DNA of 64,000 bases from Lacipirellulaceae bacterium (GTDB taxonomy: Bacteria; Planctomycetota; Planctomycetia; Pirellulales; Lacipirellulaceae). The notes below the pieces were generated by a model. The model worked only from the letters and a program-made list of their open reading frames with translations, was not told where the DNA came from and ran no database searches. The first letter of the stretch is position 1; every line of letters starts with the position of its first letter. The stretch lies in contig CBDFMC010000024.1 in assembly GCA_965249435.1 (NCBI GenBank), positions 134,588 to 198,587 on the forward strand. The letters are read 5' to 3'. Shown here one piece after another: positions 41,312-50,471 of this stretch. The position numbers and the translations under genes are program-made.

Positions 41312-42043
41312 TTGATGTTTGCACTCGTGAAAAACAGAGTTTGTTCCGCGGTTATTGTAGGAACCATTAGTTTTGCTGTGGGGGGAGGTTCCGCCCTGGC
41401 AGGCTTAGTTGGCTTGGATCCCAACTCATCCGATTCCGTGAAACTGTCCGATTTGCTCGACGATACCACGGATGGGGTTATCGTGGGCGATAAGATTTTT
41501 GATGGTTTCGTTTACTCGACGATCGGCGACATGCCCATGCCTGAAGATGTCAACGTGCTTGGCTTCACCGATTTAGATGGCAACTATGGCATTAGCTTCC
41601 ATGGTGCGTTTATTGACATGCCAGGCGGCGGGCCATCCGATGCGCTGATCCGATTTACGGTAGAAGTGGATGATGAGGCCCAAGCGAGAGGTTGGGTTAT
41701 TTCAGATGCCCATTTATCTATCGGCGGTATCGGCGTCGGCGACGACTCGGTATTCACCGTGGATGAATCCTTTGAAGGCAGCAACGAATCGCTCAGTGTG
41801 TTCGCCTCGACGCTGGGCCAAGGTGGCCAGTCACTATCTGATTGGACCTATTTTGTTCCCACCGTGACCAAGCTCCGCGTGTCGAAGGATATCTTTGCCC
41901 TTGCTGGTGAGAATGCGATTGTTCCTGCCAGGGCAACGGTGATTGATCAATCGTTCTCACAAGTGCCGGAGCCTGCCGCGTTGACGCTTTTGGCGATTTC
42001 TCTGGCGGGAGCTATGACAACGGCTCGACGTCGACAGGGTTGA
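41312..42043 (+). CDS. PEP-CTERM sorting-domain secreted protein
   Basis: A signal peptide, and the C-terminus VPEPAALTLLAISLAGAMTTARRRQG. Confidence 0.8.
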   Translation: MMFALVKNRVCSAVIVGTISFAVGGGSALAGLVGLDPNSSDSVKLSDLLDDTTDGVIVGDKIFDGFVYSTIGDMPMPEDVNVLGFTDLDGNYGISFHGAFIDMPGGGPSDALIRFTVEVDDEAQARGWVISDAHLSIGGIGVGDDSVFTVDESFEGSNESLSVFASTLGQGGQSLSDWTYFVPTVTKLRVSKDIFALAGENAIVPARATVIDQSFSQVPEPAALTLLAISLAGAMTTARRRQG

Positions 42044-42325
42044 TTTGGCAAAAGAACGACTGCTCTGCTGCACACAAGATGAGTGCAAACATGATGTCTA
42101 GGACATAAGAATGACCGACAAAAGTATGTCGGGAAGTGGGACGCGGATTTTGAAACTCGAGTTTGATTTGCGTGAATTACCAGACAAACCCTGCTAACCA
42201 ATCGGCAATAGAGGGTATTGTGGTTCTAGCGTCTAATGATATCATCGGTAATAAGTGTCTAATCCGCGTGCCATGGTCTGGTATAATTGAGCCGCGAGAA
42301 TCTGGTAGTCGTTAAGGAGCAACAG

Positions 42326-43465
42326 ATGGAACTTTTGAGATTCGTTGCATTATGGACGATCGGCTGTTTTTTTTTAACGCTCGCTAAAAACGGGTTTAGC
42401 CAGGATTCTCAACTGGCTGAAATTCTTGAAGCATTTCACAATCAAGAGCAGGTCGTTCGCTCGGTATCATTGTCCATTGATGCCCAACAGCGAGTGTCCA
42501 CTCGGGACCGGCAGAAATTAGAACCAAAACATGAGAATGTTAGATCTGATAGAGATTCCTCTGAACGTGGCATCGAGTTGTCGAACACTGTATCCAGTGA
42601 CTTCCACATGAAAATACTCTTCATGAAAGAGAACGACCGCGCCCGGATTAAGTCCAGCAGATCAATTTACAACGATATGGAAAAACGCTTATTCGCCTCC
42701 ACATCAGATTTTACTGTCGATGGGGATGAATACATTAGAAGTCTGCGAACACGAGAGTCTCAAAAGGCGGCACGAGGGGCAATTCATACCAAGGAGAGGC
42801 GCAATATAGATATAGACACCGCCTCCTACAGGCCGATTTGGCTTGCATTTAGCCCTTTTAGTTCAAAAAACTTGCCAGGAATGACTCTTGACAAAATGGA
42901 GGTCATAGGTAGAAAAGAGCTAAGTGACGGTCAAACTGCAATTATTCTTGCTAGACCAGACAAAAGACGAGTACTATGGATCGACGGAGGCAACTACACC
43001 ACTCTGTTAAAGTACGTGATAACTGATCGCTCGAATACTTCTAGGGCGATTGTTGATATCACAAAATCGAAGATCGAGCAAGGAGTAAGCATACCTTTGC
43101 AATGGGAGGTTAGCTATTTCGGTAGCAATGGGGCATTAAAGAGTTTTGAAATGTTGGATGTTTTAGACTATGAGATTAATCCCAAGTTAGATCAAAGCGA
43201 TTTTCACCTGGAATTTCCCCCAGGCACGCTTGTTTCGGACGAACGTTTGCCAACTAATCAATACTCATTCATTGACTTTGATGGCAGTGTTAAGAAGGTT
43301 GCTAAGAGTGGTATAGACTCAATTTTGCTTAACGGAGTGACTGTAGAGGACTCTCTCACCAGTAAATCATGGAATCCAATCCTGGTTCTTTTGAATTCCA
43401 TAATAGTACTGGTGCTGGTATTGTTGTACATCAGGAAGCGAGCGGCTGTTAATCAATTCAAGTGA
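42326..43465 (+). CDS. Hypothetical secreted/membrane-anchored protein in a low-GC islet
   Basis: An N-terminal signal (MELLRFVALWTIGCFFLTLA) and a C-terminal transmembrane segment (ILVLLNSIIVLVLVLLYI). Local GC is clearly lower than in the flanking sequence. No family was recognised. Confidence 0.5.
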   Translation: MELLRFVALWTIGCFFLTLAKNGFSQDSQLAEILEAFHNQEQVVRSVSLSIDAQQRVSTRDRQKLEPKHENVRSDRDSSERGIELSNTVSSDFHMKILFMKENDRARIKSSRSIYNDMEKRLFASTSDFTVDGDEYIRSLRTRESQKAARGAIHTKERRNIDIDTASYRPIWLAFSPFSSKNLPGMTLDKMEVIGRKELSDGQTAIILARPDKRRVLWIDGGNYTTLLKYVITDRSNTSRAIVDITKSKIEQGVSIPLQWEVSYFGSNGALKSFEMLDVLDYEINPKLDQSDFHLEFPPGTLVSDERLPTNQYSFIDFDGSVKKVAKSGIDSILLNGVTVEDSLTSKSWNPILVLLNSIIVLVLVLLYIRKRAAVNQFK

Positions 43466-43502
43466 CTTATTCCACAAGGTTCCCTAGGAAAGGAGTGTTG
43501 TT

Positions 43503-43892
43503 ATGCAGCTTCTGATCTCGTTTAATCGCCAAGTCGTGTATTCCGTGGCATTTATTTTGGGTGTTCTCCTTGCTTATCCGATGGTTAGTACTGTCTTTGG
43601 GGTTTGCATAAAACAACCGTGTGTTGAAAGTTTTAATTTTGGATTCGATAGCAGTTCATGTGATTTCGGCGTTCATTTCGAACGTTTAATGACAATAGGC
43701 CCAAATGTTTACGCCCAACATGGCGACGGTGATATTGTTAATACATCCGCAACACCCGTAGGCCAAAAAGATGCTGATACGATTGGCAACTGTACTAGCG
43801 CTAACGGTTTTATTCAGGTGGCCGCCAAGTGTGAAGTGTTTGGCCAGTGGGAGGAAATTCAAAATTGGGCATTTTGTACTTGGGGTGGCTAG
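43503..43892 (+). CDS. Hypothetical small Cys-rich secreted protein
   Basis: 129 aa with a signal/transmembrane-like N-terminus and 7 Cys. It is in the low-GC islet. Confidence 0.4.
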   Translation: MQLLISFNRQVVYSVAFILGVLLAYPMVSTVFGVCIKQPCVESFNFGFDSSSCDFGVHFERLMTIGPNVYAQHGDGDIVNTSATPVGQKDADTIGNCTSANGFIQVAAKCEVFGQWEEIQNWAFCTWGG

Positions 43893-44085
43893 GGCCTCAT
43901 TTTATGACAGGCTCCCATGGTTGAAGGGGATATCTCTAAGCTGACCGCTAGACCAGCCCTGCTCGCTCGCTGAGGCGTAGCAGTACCATACCATAGCGGC
44001 ATCGAAATACGACTTCAGCACCAAGACCATGTCACTGGGCGTGACGCGACCCAACGGGGCGACATAAACGTCGCCCCGTTTTTTT

Positions 44086-44435
44086 ATTGAAGGGAACCGT
44101 ACCAACCCCGAGACAACTACCACGGGACTTTGCAATTTAGACGAGCGGTAGATAAGGACTTACCAGCACGCAGCGCAAGCAAGTGGGTCTCATGCACACA
44201 CTCGCTTGCGCGTCGTGCTAGTATTCTGGTAAATTTTCAATTGCCGCTCGCCTAACAGTCCTCCTTTCCAACAAGCAGAGCATTTCCACGAAGGCAACCC
44301 CCCGGCAAAGCCGGGGGCTTAAATGCTTTCCTCGAACGGTAGCCACTAAATTCCCTGAAGAACCTTTTTGTTGAAGAGAACCATATCAACCCCGGGAGAA
44401 CTACCACGGGTCTTTGCAATTGAGAGCCGCTTGCC
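44086..44435. repeat. Repeat cluster. An ~65 bp direct repeat sits at 44086-44150 and 44372-44435. A Family C element lies at 44140-44251, a Family A core at 44293-44324, and an AGCCACTAAATTCCCTGAAGAACC companion motif at 44341-44364.
   Basis: TTGAAGGGAACCGTACCAACCCCGAGACAACTACCACGGGACTTTGCAATTTAGACGAGCGG is nearly the same as TTGAAGAGAACCATATCAACCCCGGGAGAACTACCACGGGTCTTTGCAATTGAGAGCCGC. Confidence 0.8.
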
Positions 44436-44440
44436 ATGGT

Positions 44441-45226
44441 TCAGCGTGCCAGCATCCGATCGATGGCCGATCCGATATCAGACTCACGCATTAGCGACTC
44501 GCCAACCAGGATCGCATCGACGCTCGCGTCATCCAATTGCTCAACATCCGCACGTGTGCGGATTCCGCTCTCGCCAACGACCACACACTCCGAGGGTATC
44601 TCTTGCCGCAGCCGGATTGTATGGTTGATGTCCACCTCAAACGTGTGCAAGTTCCTGTTATTGATGCCAATGACCGAAGCCCCAACATCAAGCACTCGGC
44701 CCAAGTTTTCCGGCTCGTACAATTCAACCAACGGCGTCATTCCCAGTGCGACCGTCTCGCCGTGCAAGTTGACGAGAGCACTATCATCCAGGCATTCGGC
44801 AATCAGCAGCACCGCGTCCGCGCCTGCAGCCCGAGCTTCGAGCAGTTGGTAAGGGTCGAGAATAAAATCTTTACGCAAGATCGGGACCTTTACCACATCA
44901 CGCACCGCCTGCAGATACTCAAGTCGGCCTTGAAAAAAAGGTTCGTCCGTAAGCACGCTAATGCAAGCGGCGCCATGCTGCTCATAGATTTGAGCGATGG
45001 CCACGGGATCGAAATCCTGACGGATCACGCCTGCCGAGGGGCTCGCTTTTTTAATCTCGGCGATGAGTCGAATCGGGCCTCCGGCAGATAACGCTGCACG
45101 AAAATCGCGAGGTTCTGACGAATCGGCTATTTTTGCACGCAACTCATGCTCCGAAACGTGCAAGCGTGCCGCCGCAATTTCTTCAAGCTTCGTGGCAACG
45201 ATTTTTTGCAGTATGGTCGCAGGCAT
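44441..45226 (-). CDS. trpC: Indole-3-glycerol phosphate synthase
   Basis: IAEIKKASPSAG...ISVLTDEPFFQG...ILRKDFI. 261 aa. Confidence 0.9.
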   Translation of the reverse strand: MPATILQKIVATKLEEIAAARLHVSEHELRAKIADSSEPRDFRAALSAGGPIRLIAEIKKASPSAGVIRQDFDPVAIAQIYEQHGAACISVLTDEPFFQGRLEYLQAVRDVVKVPILRKDFILDPYQLLEARAAGADAVLLIAECLDDSALVNLHGETVALGMTPLVELYEPENLGRVLDVGASVIGINNRNLHTFEVDINHTIRLRQEIPSECVVVGESGIRTRADVEQLDDASVDAILVGESLMRESDIGSAIDRMLAR

Positions 45227-45328
45227 GGGGACATTCTAATGGGATGAACCGGCAGAAGATACCTGACCACAATTTCAGCCCTCGGCTTTGCGGGGGATAG
45301 CGACGGCCGTGACAGCTTAGCTATGGGC

Positions 45329-46078
45329 CTACTTGGTATTTCTTGCCACTGCGTTCCCCCAGACTTCGATCCAATCGACTCGTGAACATGCCTTGCTCCC
45401 TTTGCCCGGCCGGAGATCGGTCAGTCCGATTTCTTCGATCGCCTTGAGCGACGCGGGAGCCTCATTCTTGCCTCGGATAATCTTGACGACATCGAACCGC
45501 GACCAATTCAGGTCGGCCATTTTCAGCTCAAATTCTTGCCAGTCGAGAGTCGTTGGAATACTCTGCCTGCTGATGTACCACTGCTTACTCGGCATTTTGA
45601 TGAGCAGGTAGAGTTCATGGCCGCCACCCTGCTTGGCCCTCAATCTCAGCTTGGCGTTTGGCGTTGAAAGGTCAATCGAATATCGCTTTGGTCGAAGAGA
45701 AAAGGCCCAACGCTTTTGGCATTGCCCCGACCAAAGGTAAAACGGGTCATCAGCGGGTTGGTCGTGGTGCGACTTCTTGATCCATTGCTTACCTGGACCG
45801 TGCAACGCGAGGATCAGACCATCGGTTGCCACATGATCTTGAGTGATCGGCAACTCGGCGGGGGTGGTCTTCCAGTCTTCCCGAAAGAGTCGTCGGACTC
45901 CCGCCGTCTCCCTCGTACGGCTACCCTCGGCGAAGGCACAGGAAACCGCCATCATCGCAACGAAAAGCACGCTGATGGTCTGAAGATATCTTCCAACCGA
46001 TCTGAGGTCGGATCCAGGCCGAATTTGACAGCAGAGTTGTCTTAGCCGAAAGATATTTTTCATGTTCAGTCGTCCCAA
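45329..46078 (-). CDS. Hypothetical secreted protein
   Basis: A signal/transmembrane segment (ISVLFVAMMAVSCAFA). No family was recognised. The true start is probably MKNIFRL (about 46063). Confidence 0.45.
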   Translation of the reverse strand: MGRLNMKNIFRLRQLCCQIRPGSDLRSVGRYLQTISVLFVAMMAVSCAFAEGSRTRETAGVRRLFREDWKTTPAELPITQDHVATDGLILALHGPGKQWIKKSHHDQPADDPFYLWSGQCQKRWAFSLRPKRYSIDLSTPNAKLRLRAKQGGGHELYLLIKMPSKQWYISRQSIPTTLDWQEFELKMADLNWSRFDVVKIIRGKNEAPASLKAIEEIGLTDLRPGKGSKACSRVDWIEVWGNAVARNTK

Positions 46079-46492
46079 AGTTTTTCCACTGCTTTTGAAA
46101 GGATCGTAACACTTTAGCTAAATGCGGCGAATCAGAAAATCACCACAGAGAACACCGAGGTCACGGAGATTCTATCACTCCTTTCAATGGATGGGCAGCT
46201 AGAATTTATTTTCCTCTGTAAGACAAACCCGTAAAAGCTTGTTGTTTTGACACTCTTTTTGAAAAGCCACGGATTGAACACGGATGAAACAGGGATAACA
46301 AGAAGATTTTTCTATGCCAAAGTTATCAATTTATCCGTGTTCAATCCGTGGCTAAAGAAATCTTTTTGTGCCTTTTGGTGTTTTTTGTGGCTATTCTTCT
46401 TTGGTTGCGGCAATGGGCCGCGCTGTGTTCCTCCGTTTGCTCTGTGGTTAATCTTTCTAGGAACTGCTGTGATGGCTAGAGTGTTACAAAGG

Positions 46493-46524
46493 GGCAACCC
46501 CCCGGCAAAGCCGGGGGCTGAGAT
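46493..46524. repeat. Family A repeat core (solo copy)
   Basis: GGCAACCCCCCGGCAAAGCCGGGGGCTGAGAT. Confidence 0.85.
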
Positions 46525-46534
46525 TGGGAGGCGT

Positions 46535-48511
46535 CTACTTGGCGTCCGGTAATTCCGACCGACGGGCAACTTCCTCGATCTCTTCGCGGATTTGTTTGAC
46601 AAACTTGTTTTTCTCAAAAGTATCTCGAACGGCCGTGAAATCTTTATCCATTTCATCGTCCGGGCCCAACAATCCGAAACCGGTGCGAGTTCGCGGCTGG
46701 AACTCTTTTTCTGCATCACCGAGAATCAGGTGCAAGAATTTAGTGCGCAACTCGCCCCACGACTTGGCTGCGGACTTGATCTCTTCAACACTCAACTCAG
46801 CAATGCTCGTGCCAAAATGTTTTTCGTACGCCCACGATACCCAGGCCCATTCATCCTCGTGGTAGGCATCGTGGATTTGTAATAACGCGGACTGCAAGCC
46901 TGCAACGGTATCAATCTCACCCGACTCAATGTGCGTGCAAAGCCGCTCGAATCGCGATTGGGGCATCATCTGTCCCGCCAGGTCAATCCACTCTTCGCTG
47001 AAGACCGCTGCATCTTCGACGACAAGTCGTCGGCTTGGGTCTTTTGCACCGGTTGCCTCGAACCGGCTGAGCAGCCGCTCCTGCAGATACATTTCGATTC
47101 CCGCCTTGTAGAATCGAATTCCCTTGCGCAATAGGACTCGCCGCACTTCGGCGCCATCAAGCGTGACAATGCTCTTGGCGGTATCCGTCGACTCGCTCGC
47201 TTCGCGCAGTTTCTCGGTGCCACGTAACATTCGTCCCACGGTGAGCGGACTGAATACGTCGAAGTCGATGATGTCGCGCTTGACCACTCCTTTGCGGCGG
47301 TCGCGCGTGGGCCATTTTGCACCGTCACGGACCGTGCCGACGGTCGACAGATAGAGCCCGGGCACCATCTCGCATCGGCCGTTCGACTTGGCTTCGATGT
47401 GGCTAAACGGAAAGTCGCGTGTATCGAAGGTGCGCGTGTGCTTGCCGAGTATCACGGAAAACGGGCCAACGCGGCATGGCCACATCATGTAAGAGAAGGA
47501 GCCTGTTTTGCAGCCGCGCTCGAGCTTCCCCTCATGCACCGGGCCAAGCTTGTACATGTGGTTCGACTGATTGGTTGCGCTGCCGGCATTAAAAAAGCTG
47601 AATAGACCGGCAATGAGCAAGGTGCTCTTGTGATGCGTGACTGTGTAAGGCCCGGCAAAGATGCTGCACGCTTCGCCATGAAACCCTTCGCAATTGGCAA
47701 AGAAGATCGACCCTTCGGATGAAAACTGTTTTCCAATCTGACAACCTTGGCCGACAAACGATTTACAAACAATCGCCCCCGAATCGACGTTAGCCCCTTC
47801 GGCGAGAATAAAATCTTCGGCCACGACCCCGACACCCACGAACGCCCGCGCATCGGGGCAGCTTAGGATGGTTCCGTTGACCAATGACGCAGCACTTTGA
47901 AGAATCGCACCATCGCCTATGTTGACGTTGGTGATGCGCGAAACAGAAGTGATCTTCGCGGCCTGCCCAATCGTGCCACGATCGCTACGAACGGCATCGA
48001 CCGCCGATTTGGCGAGATGGTTCAGCCGCTCGGTAAGCTTCGGCCTCGAACGGGCCAAACATTGCAAATAGGCAAACTGGGCCGATAGTTCGTTGAACAG
48101 GGTGACTTCACGTCCTCCCGCTTCATTGAGCGCTTCGACCTCGACGCCGTTGCCAAATGTTGCGCCGGCGCTTGTTTCCAGAACGCCGACATCCTCAATC
48201 GAGGCCCCATCGCCAATGGAGTAGCCTGCAATGTGGGAGTGAATCTTGGCAATCCGCACGCCGTCGCCTATCGTGCAATTGCTGATGTAAGCACGATAGA
48301 TGCCGGCCGGTTTTTCCAGCCCCGAATCTGTGCGGATTGAACCTCGCAAATCGCCGATGGCAACCATGCCGGCAAAATGAACATGACGGACTCGCTCGAG
48401 CTCGAAGTCGACGGTTACCCGGACTTGCGACCAATCCTCCGCGGTACAGCCCTGTGACTCGAGTTGTTCGATCTGCGCAGGTTTGAGTGGTTGATGGTTT
48501 TCTCTCTTCAA
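46535..48511 (-). CDS. Large left-handed beta-helix (hexapeptide-repeat) protein, DUF4954-like
   Basis: 658 aa with two long runs of hexapeptide repeats ([LIV]GxxxxI...), for example IGDGVRIAKIHSHIAGYSIGDGASIEDVGVLE. The size and layout match the DUF4954 family as remembered. Confidence 0.5.
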   Translation of the reverse strand: MKRENHQPLKPAQIEQLESQGCTAEDWSQVRVTVDFELERVRHVHFAGMVAIGDLRGSIRTDSGLEKPAGIYRAYISNCTIGDGVRIAKIHSHIAGYSIGDGASIEDVGVLETSAGATFGNGVEVEALNEAGGREVTLFNELSAQFAYLQCLARSRPKLTERLNHLAKSAVDAVRSDRGTIGQAAKITSVSRITNVNIGDGAILQSAASLVNGTILSCPDARAFVGVGVVAEDFILAEGANVDSGAIVCKSFVGQGCQIGKQFSSEGSIFFANCEGFHGEACSIFAGPYTVTHHKSTLLIAGLFSFFNAGSATNQSNHMYKLGPVHEGKLERGCKTGSFSYMMWPCRVGPFSVILGKHTRTFDTRDFPFSHIEAKSNGRCEMVPGLYLSTVGTVRDGAKWPTRDRRKGVVKRDIIDFDVFSPLTVGRMLRGTEKLREASESTDTAKSIVTLDGAEVRRVLLRKGIRFYKAGIEMYLQERLLSRFEATGAKDPSRRLVVEDAAVFSEEWIDLAGQMMPQSRFERLCTHIESGEIDTVAGLQSALLQIHDAYHEDEWAWVSWAYEKHFGTSIAELSVEEIKSAAKSWGELRTKFLHLILGDAEKEFQPRTRTGFGLLGPDDEMDKDFTAVRDTFEKNKFVKQIREEIEEVARRSELPDAK

Positions 48512-48645
48512 CGCATTGGCTCCTCGAGGCTTTTTTTGGCAGAAGATAGCGGTCCGACAAATTCGTCGTGGCCGACGACGCTAACGCCGGTGAATTGTCA
48601 GATCGCGGCTACTTTCTACCACTATCTACTGCCCACTTTCCCCAC

Positions 48646-50058
48646 CTAGACGCCTGCTGGGACGCCGCCTTTGTGCTTCTCCCAAATCTTGGGGAGCAGC
48701 TCTTCGGTTTTTTCTTCCAACTCCTGATCGCTGATGGCGGTTAGTCGGCCATCCTTTTCATACTGATCCATCACCCATCGGGCTAGCTTGTGGATCTTGA
48801 TCTTGCTCACGCGGTCGTCGCCCGAAAGGCCGAGGAACTCGTTGACCCAGAGAACGATGCCATCGGCTCCGCTTTTGTCGGTAATCGCCACTCGCGGCGG
48901 ACGATTGAGCAGCTTGGTGGTATCCATGATATTGTAAATCCGCTCGTCCGATCGCAAGCCCCCGGCATGGATACCGGCGCGAGTCGTGTTGAAGTATCGA
49001 CCGACAAACGGATAGTTCTCCGCAATGGGAAATCCAATCGACTTCATGTACTCGGCCAACTCGGTGATGACGGTTGTGTCGATCCCGTTCAATTCGCCTT
49101 TGAGCGCAATGTACTCCATGATTGCGCCTTCGACAGGCGGGTTGCCGCAGCGCTCGCCGTAGCCGAACAGTGTGCCGTTGACGGCGTTGCAACCGTAGAG
49201 CCACGCGGTCGACGCGTTGGCATGCACGCGATGGAAGTCGTTGTGCCCATGCCATTCCAGCCGATCGCTCGGCACACCACATTCCTGGTTGAGCTTGTAA
49301 ATCAGCTTGGGAATGCTCCGCGGCAACTCCGCATTCGGATAGTGCAACCCGAAGCCCATCGTGTCGCATAGCCGAATCTTGACCTTGAGGTCATCGGGCA
49401 CTTGTTCCGACATCTCCATCAGTCGGTCGACGAATGGCAGAATGAATCCGTCAATATCAGCCCGGGTCAAGTCTTCCAGATGGCAGCGGGGGCGAATGCC
49501 CGCTTCGAATGCCGCATCAACCACTTCACAGTAGCTGTCCATGCACTCTTTGCGGCTTTTGAACTTGAGCTTCTGGAAGATGTGATAGTCGCTGCTGCTG
49601 GTAAGCATGCCGGTTTCTTTGAGTCCCGCCTCCTTGACCAGACGAAAGTCGCCCTTCACGGCACGAATCCAGCCGGTGCATTCGGGAAACTTGTGCCCCA
49701 GTTCGCGGCAGCGGTCGAGCGTTTCCCGATCGTTCTTCGTGTAGAGGAAAAACTCGGTCTGACGGATTACGCCGTTGGGGCCACCGAGTCGGGCTAGCAT
49801 GTCGTAGATCTTGACCATCTGGTCGATCTTATACGGCGGACGAGCCTGTTGGCCGTCGCGGAAGGTGGTGTCGGTCACGACGATGTCCCGTTTTTTGACC
49901 GAGTTGAAATCGAACTCAACCGGCTTGCCGTCGATCTGCTCGATAACCGGATCGTCCGAAAATTTTATTAGCGGCGGCAGGTCGTAGTTGAAGGTATCTT
50001 CAAGCAGATTGGGTTCGGTCGTGTCGACAAGTGGGTGATTTATTGTTTGTGCGGTCAT
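48646..50058 (-). CDS. DRE-TIM metallolyase (LeuA/HMGL-like pyruvate-carboxyltransferase fold) family protein, specific function unknown
   Basis: VVTDTTFRDGQQ, the R.HLEDLTR motif, and EWHGHNDFHRVHANASTAWLYGCNAVNGTLFGYGERCGNPP, which is LeuA-like metal and catalytic motif spacing. 470 aa, with no LeuA C-terminal regulatory domain. Confidence 0.6.
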   Translation of the reverse strand: MTAQTINHPLVDTTEPNLLEDTFNYDLPPLIKFSDDPVIEQIDGKPVEFDFNSVKKRDIVVTDTTFRDGQQARPPYKIDQMVKIYDMLARLGGPNGVIRQTEFFLYTKNDRETLDRCRELGHKFPECTGWIRAVKGDFRLVKEAGLKETGMLTSSSDYHIFQKLKFKSRKECMDSYCEVVDAAFEAGIRPRCHLEDLTRADIDGFILPFVDRLMEMSEQVPDDLKVKIRLCDTMGFGLHYPNAELPRSIPKLIYKLNQECGVPSDRLEWHGHNDFHRVHANASTAWLYGCNAVNGTLFGYGERCGNPPVEGAIMEYIALKGELNGIDTTVITELAEYMKSIGFPIAENYPFVGRYFNTTRAGIHAGGLRSDERIYNIMDTTKLLNRPPRVAITDKSGADGIVLWVNEFLGLSGDDRVSKIKIHKLARWVMDQYEKDGRLTAISDQELEEKTEELLPKIWEKHKGGVPAGV

Positions 50059-50094
50059 GGATCATCTCCAGGAAATAAATAGTGTATTCGATTG

Positions 50095-50154
50095 TTAGCC
50101 GCCGGGCTTGCCCCGGCGTTGCGTCCACGCGCCGGGACAAGCCCGGTGGCTAAC
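50095..50154. repeat. Family B palindromic hairpin repeat
   Basis: TTAGCCGCCGGGCTTGCCCCGGCGTTGCGTCCACGCGCCGGGACAAGCCCGGTGGCTAA. It lies between the acyl carrier protein gene stop and the upstream synthase start. Confidence 0.85.
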
Positions 50155-50177
50155 GGTAATTCAAACTAATCGGTGGG

Positions 50178-50432
50178 CTAAACTTCCACACCTTGCTCCT
50201 TGCAGACTTGCGTGATGAATGTAGCCGCTTTGCCAACGGTGTCGACCGACAGGGCGGCTTCCTCTTCCATCTCGATGTCAAATTCTTCCTCGAAGCTTGC
50301 AACCAATTCGATCGATTGGATGCTCTCAGCCCCCAAGTCAGCGGAAAAGTTGTCCTCGCTTTTGATCGATGAGGGATCGATTTCAAGTAGCCGTCCTGTG
50401 ACGGCGATAACACGTTCTTCTACCGTTGCCAT
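50178..50432 (-). CDS. Acyl carrier protein-like (phosphopantetheine attachment site)
   Basis: 84 aa, acidic, with a DLGAESIQSIELV motif in which Ser is the likely phosphopantetheine site. Confidence 0.65.
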   Translation of the reverse strand: MATVEERVIAVTGRLLEIDPSSIKSEDNFSADLGAESIQSIELVASFEEEFDIEMEEEAALSVDTVGKAATFITQVCKEQGVEV

Positions 50433-50471
50433 TTGATATTCTCCAATTTTGCAAGTTGTTTCAACTTTTCA

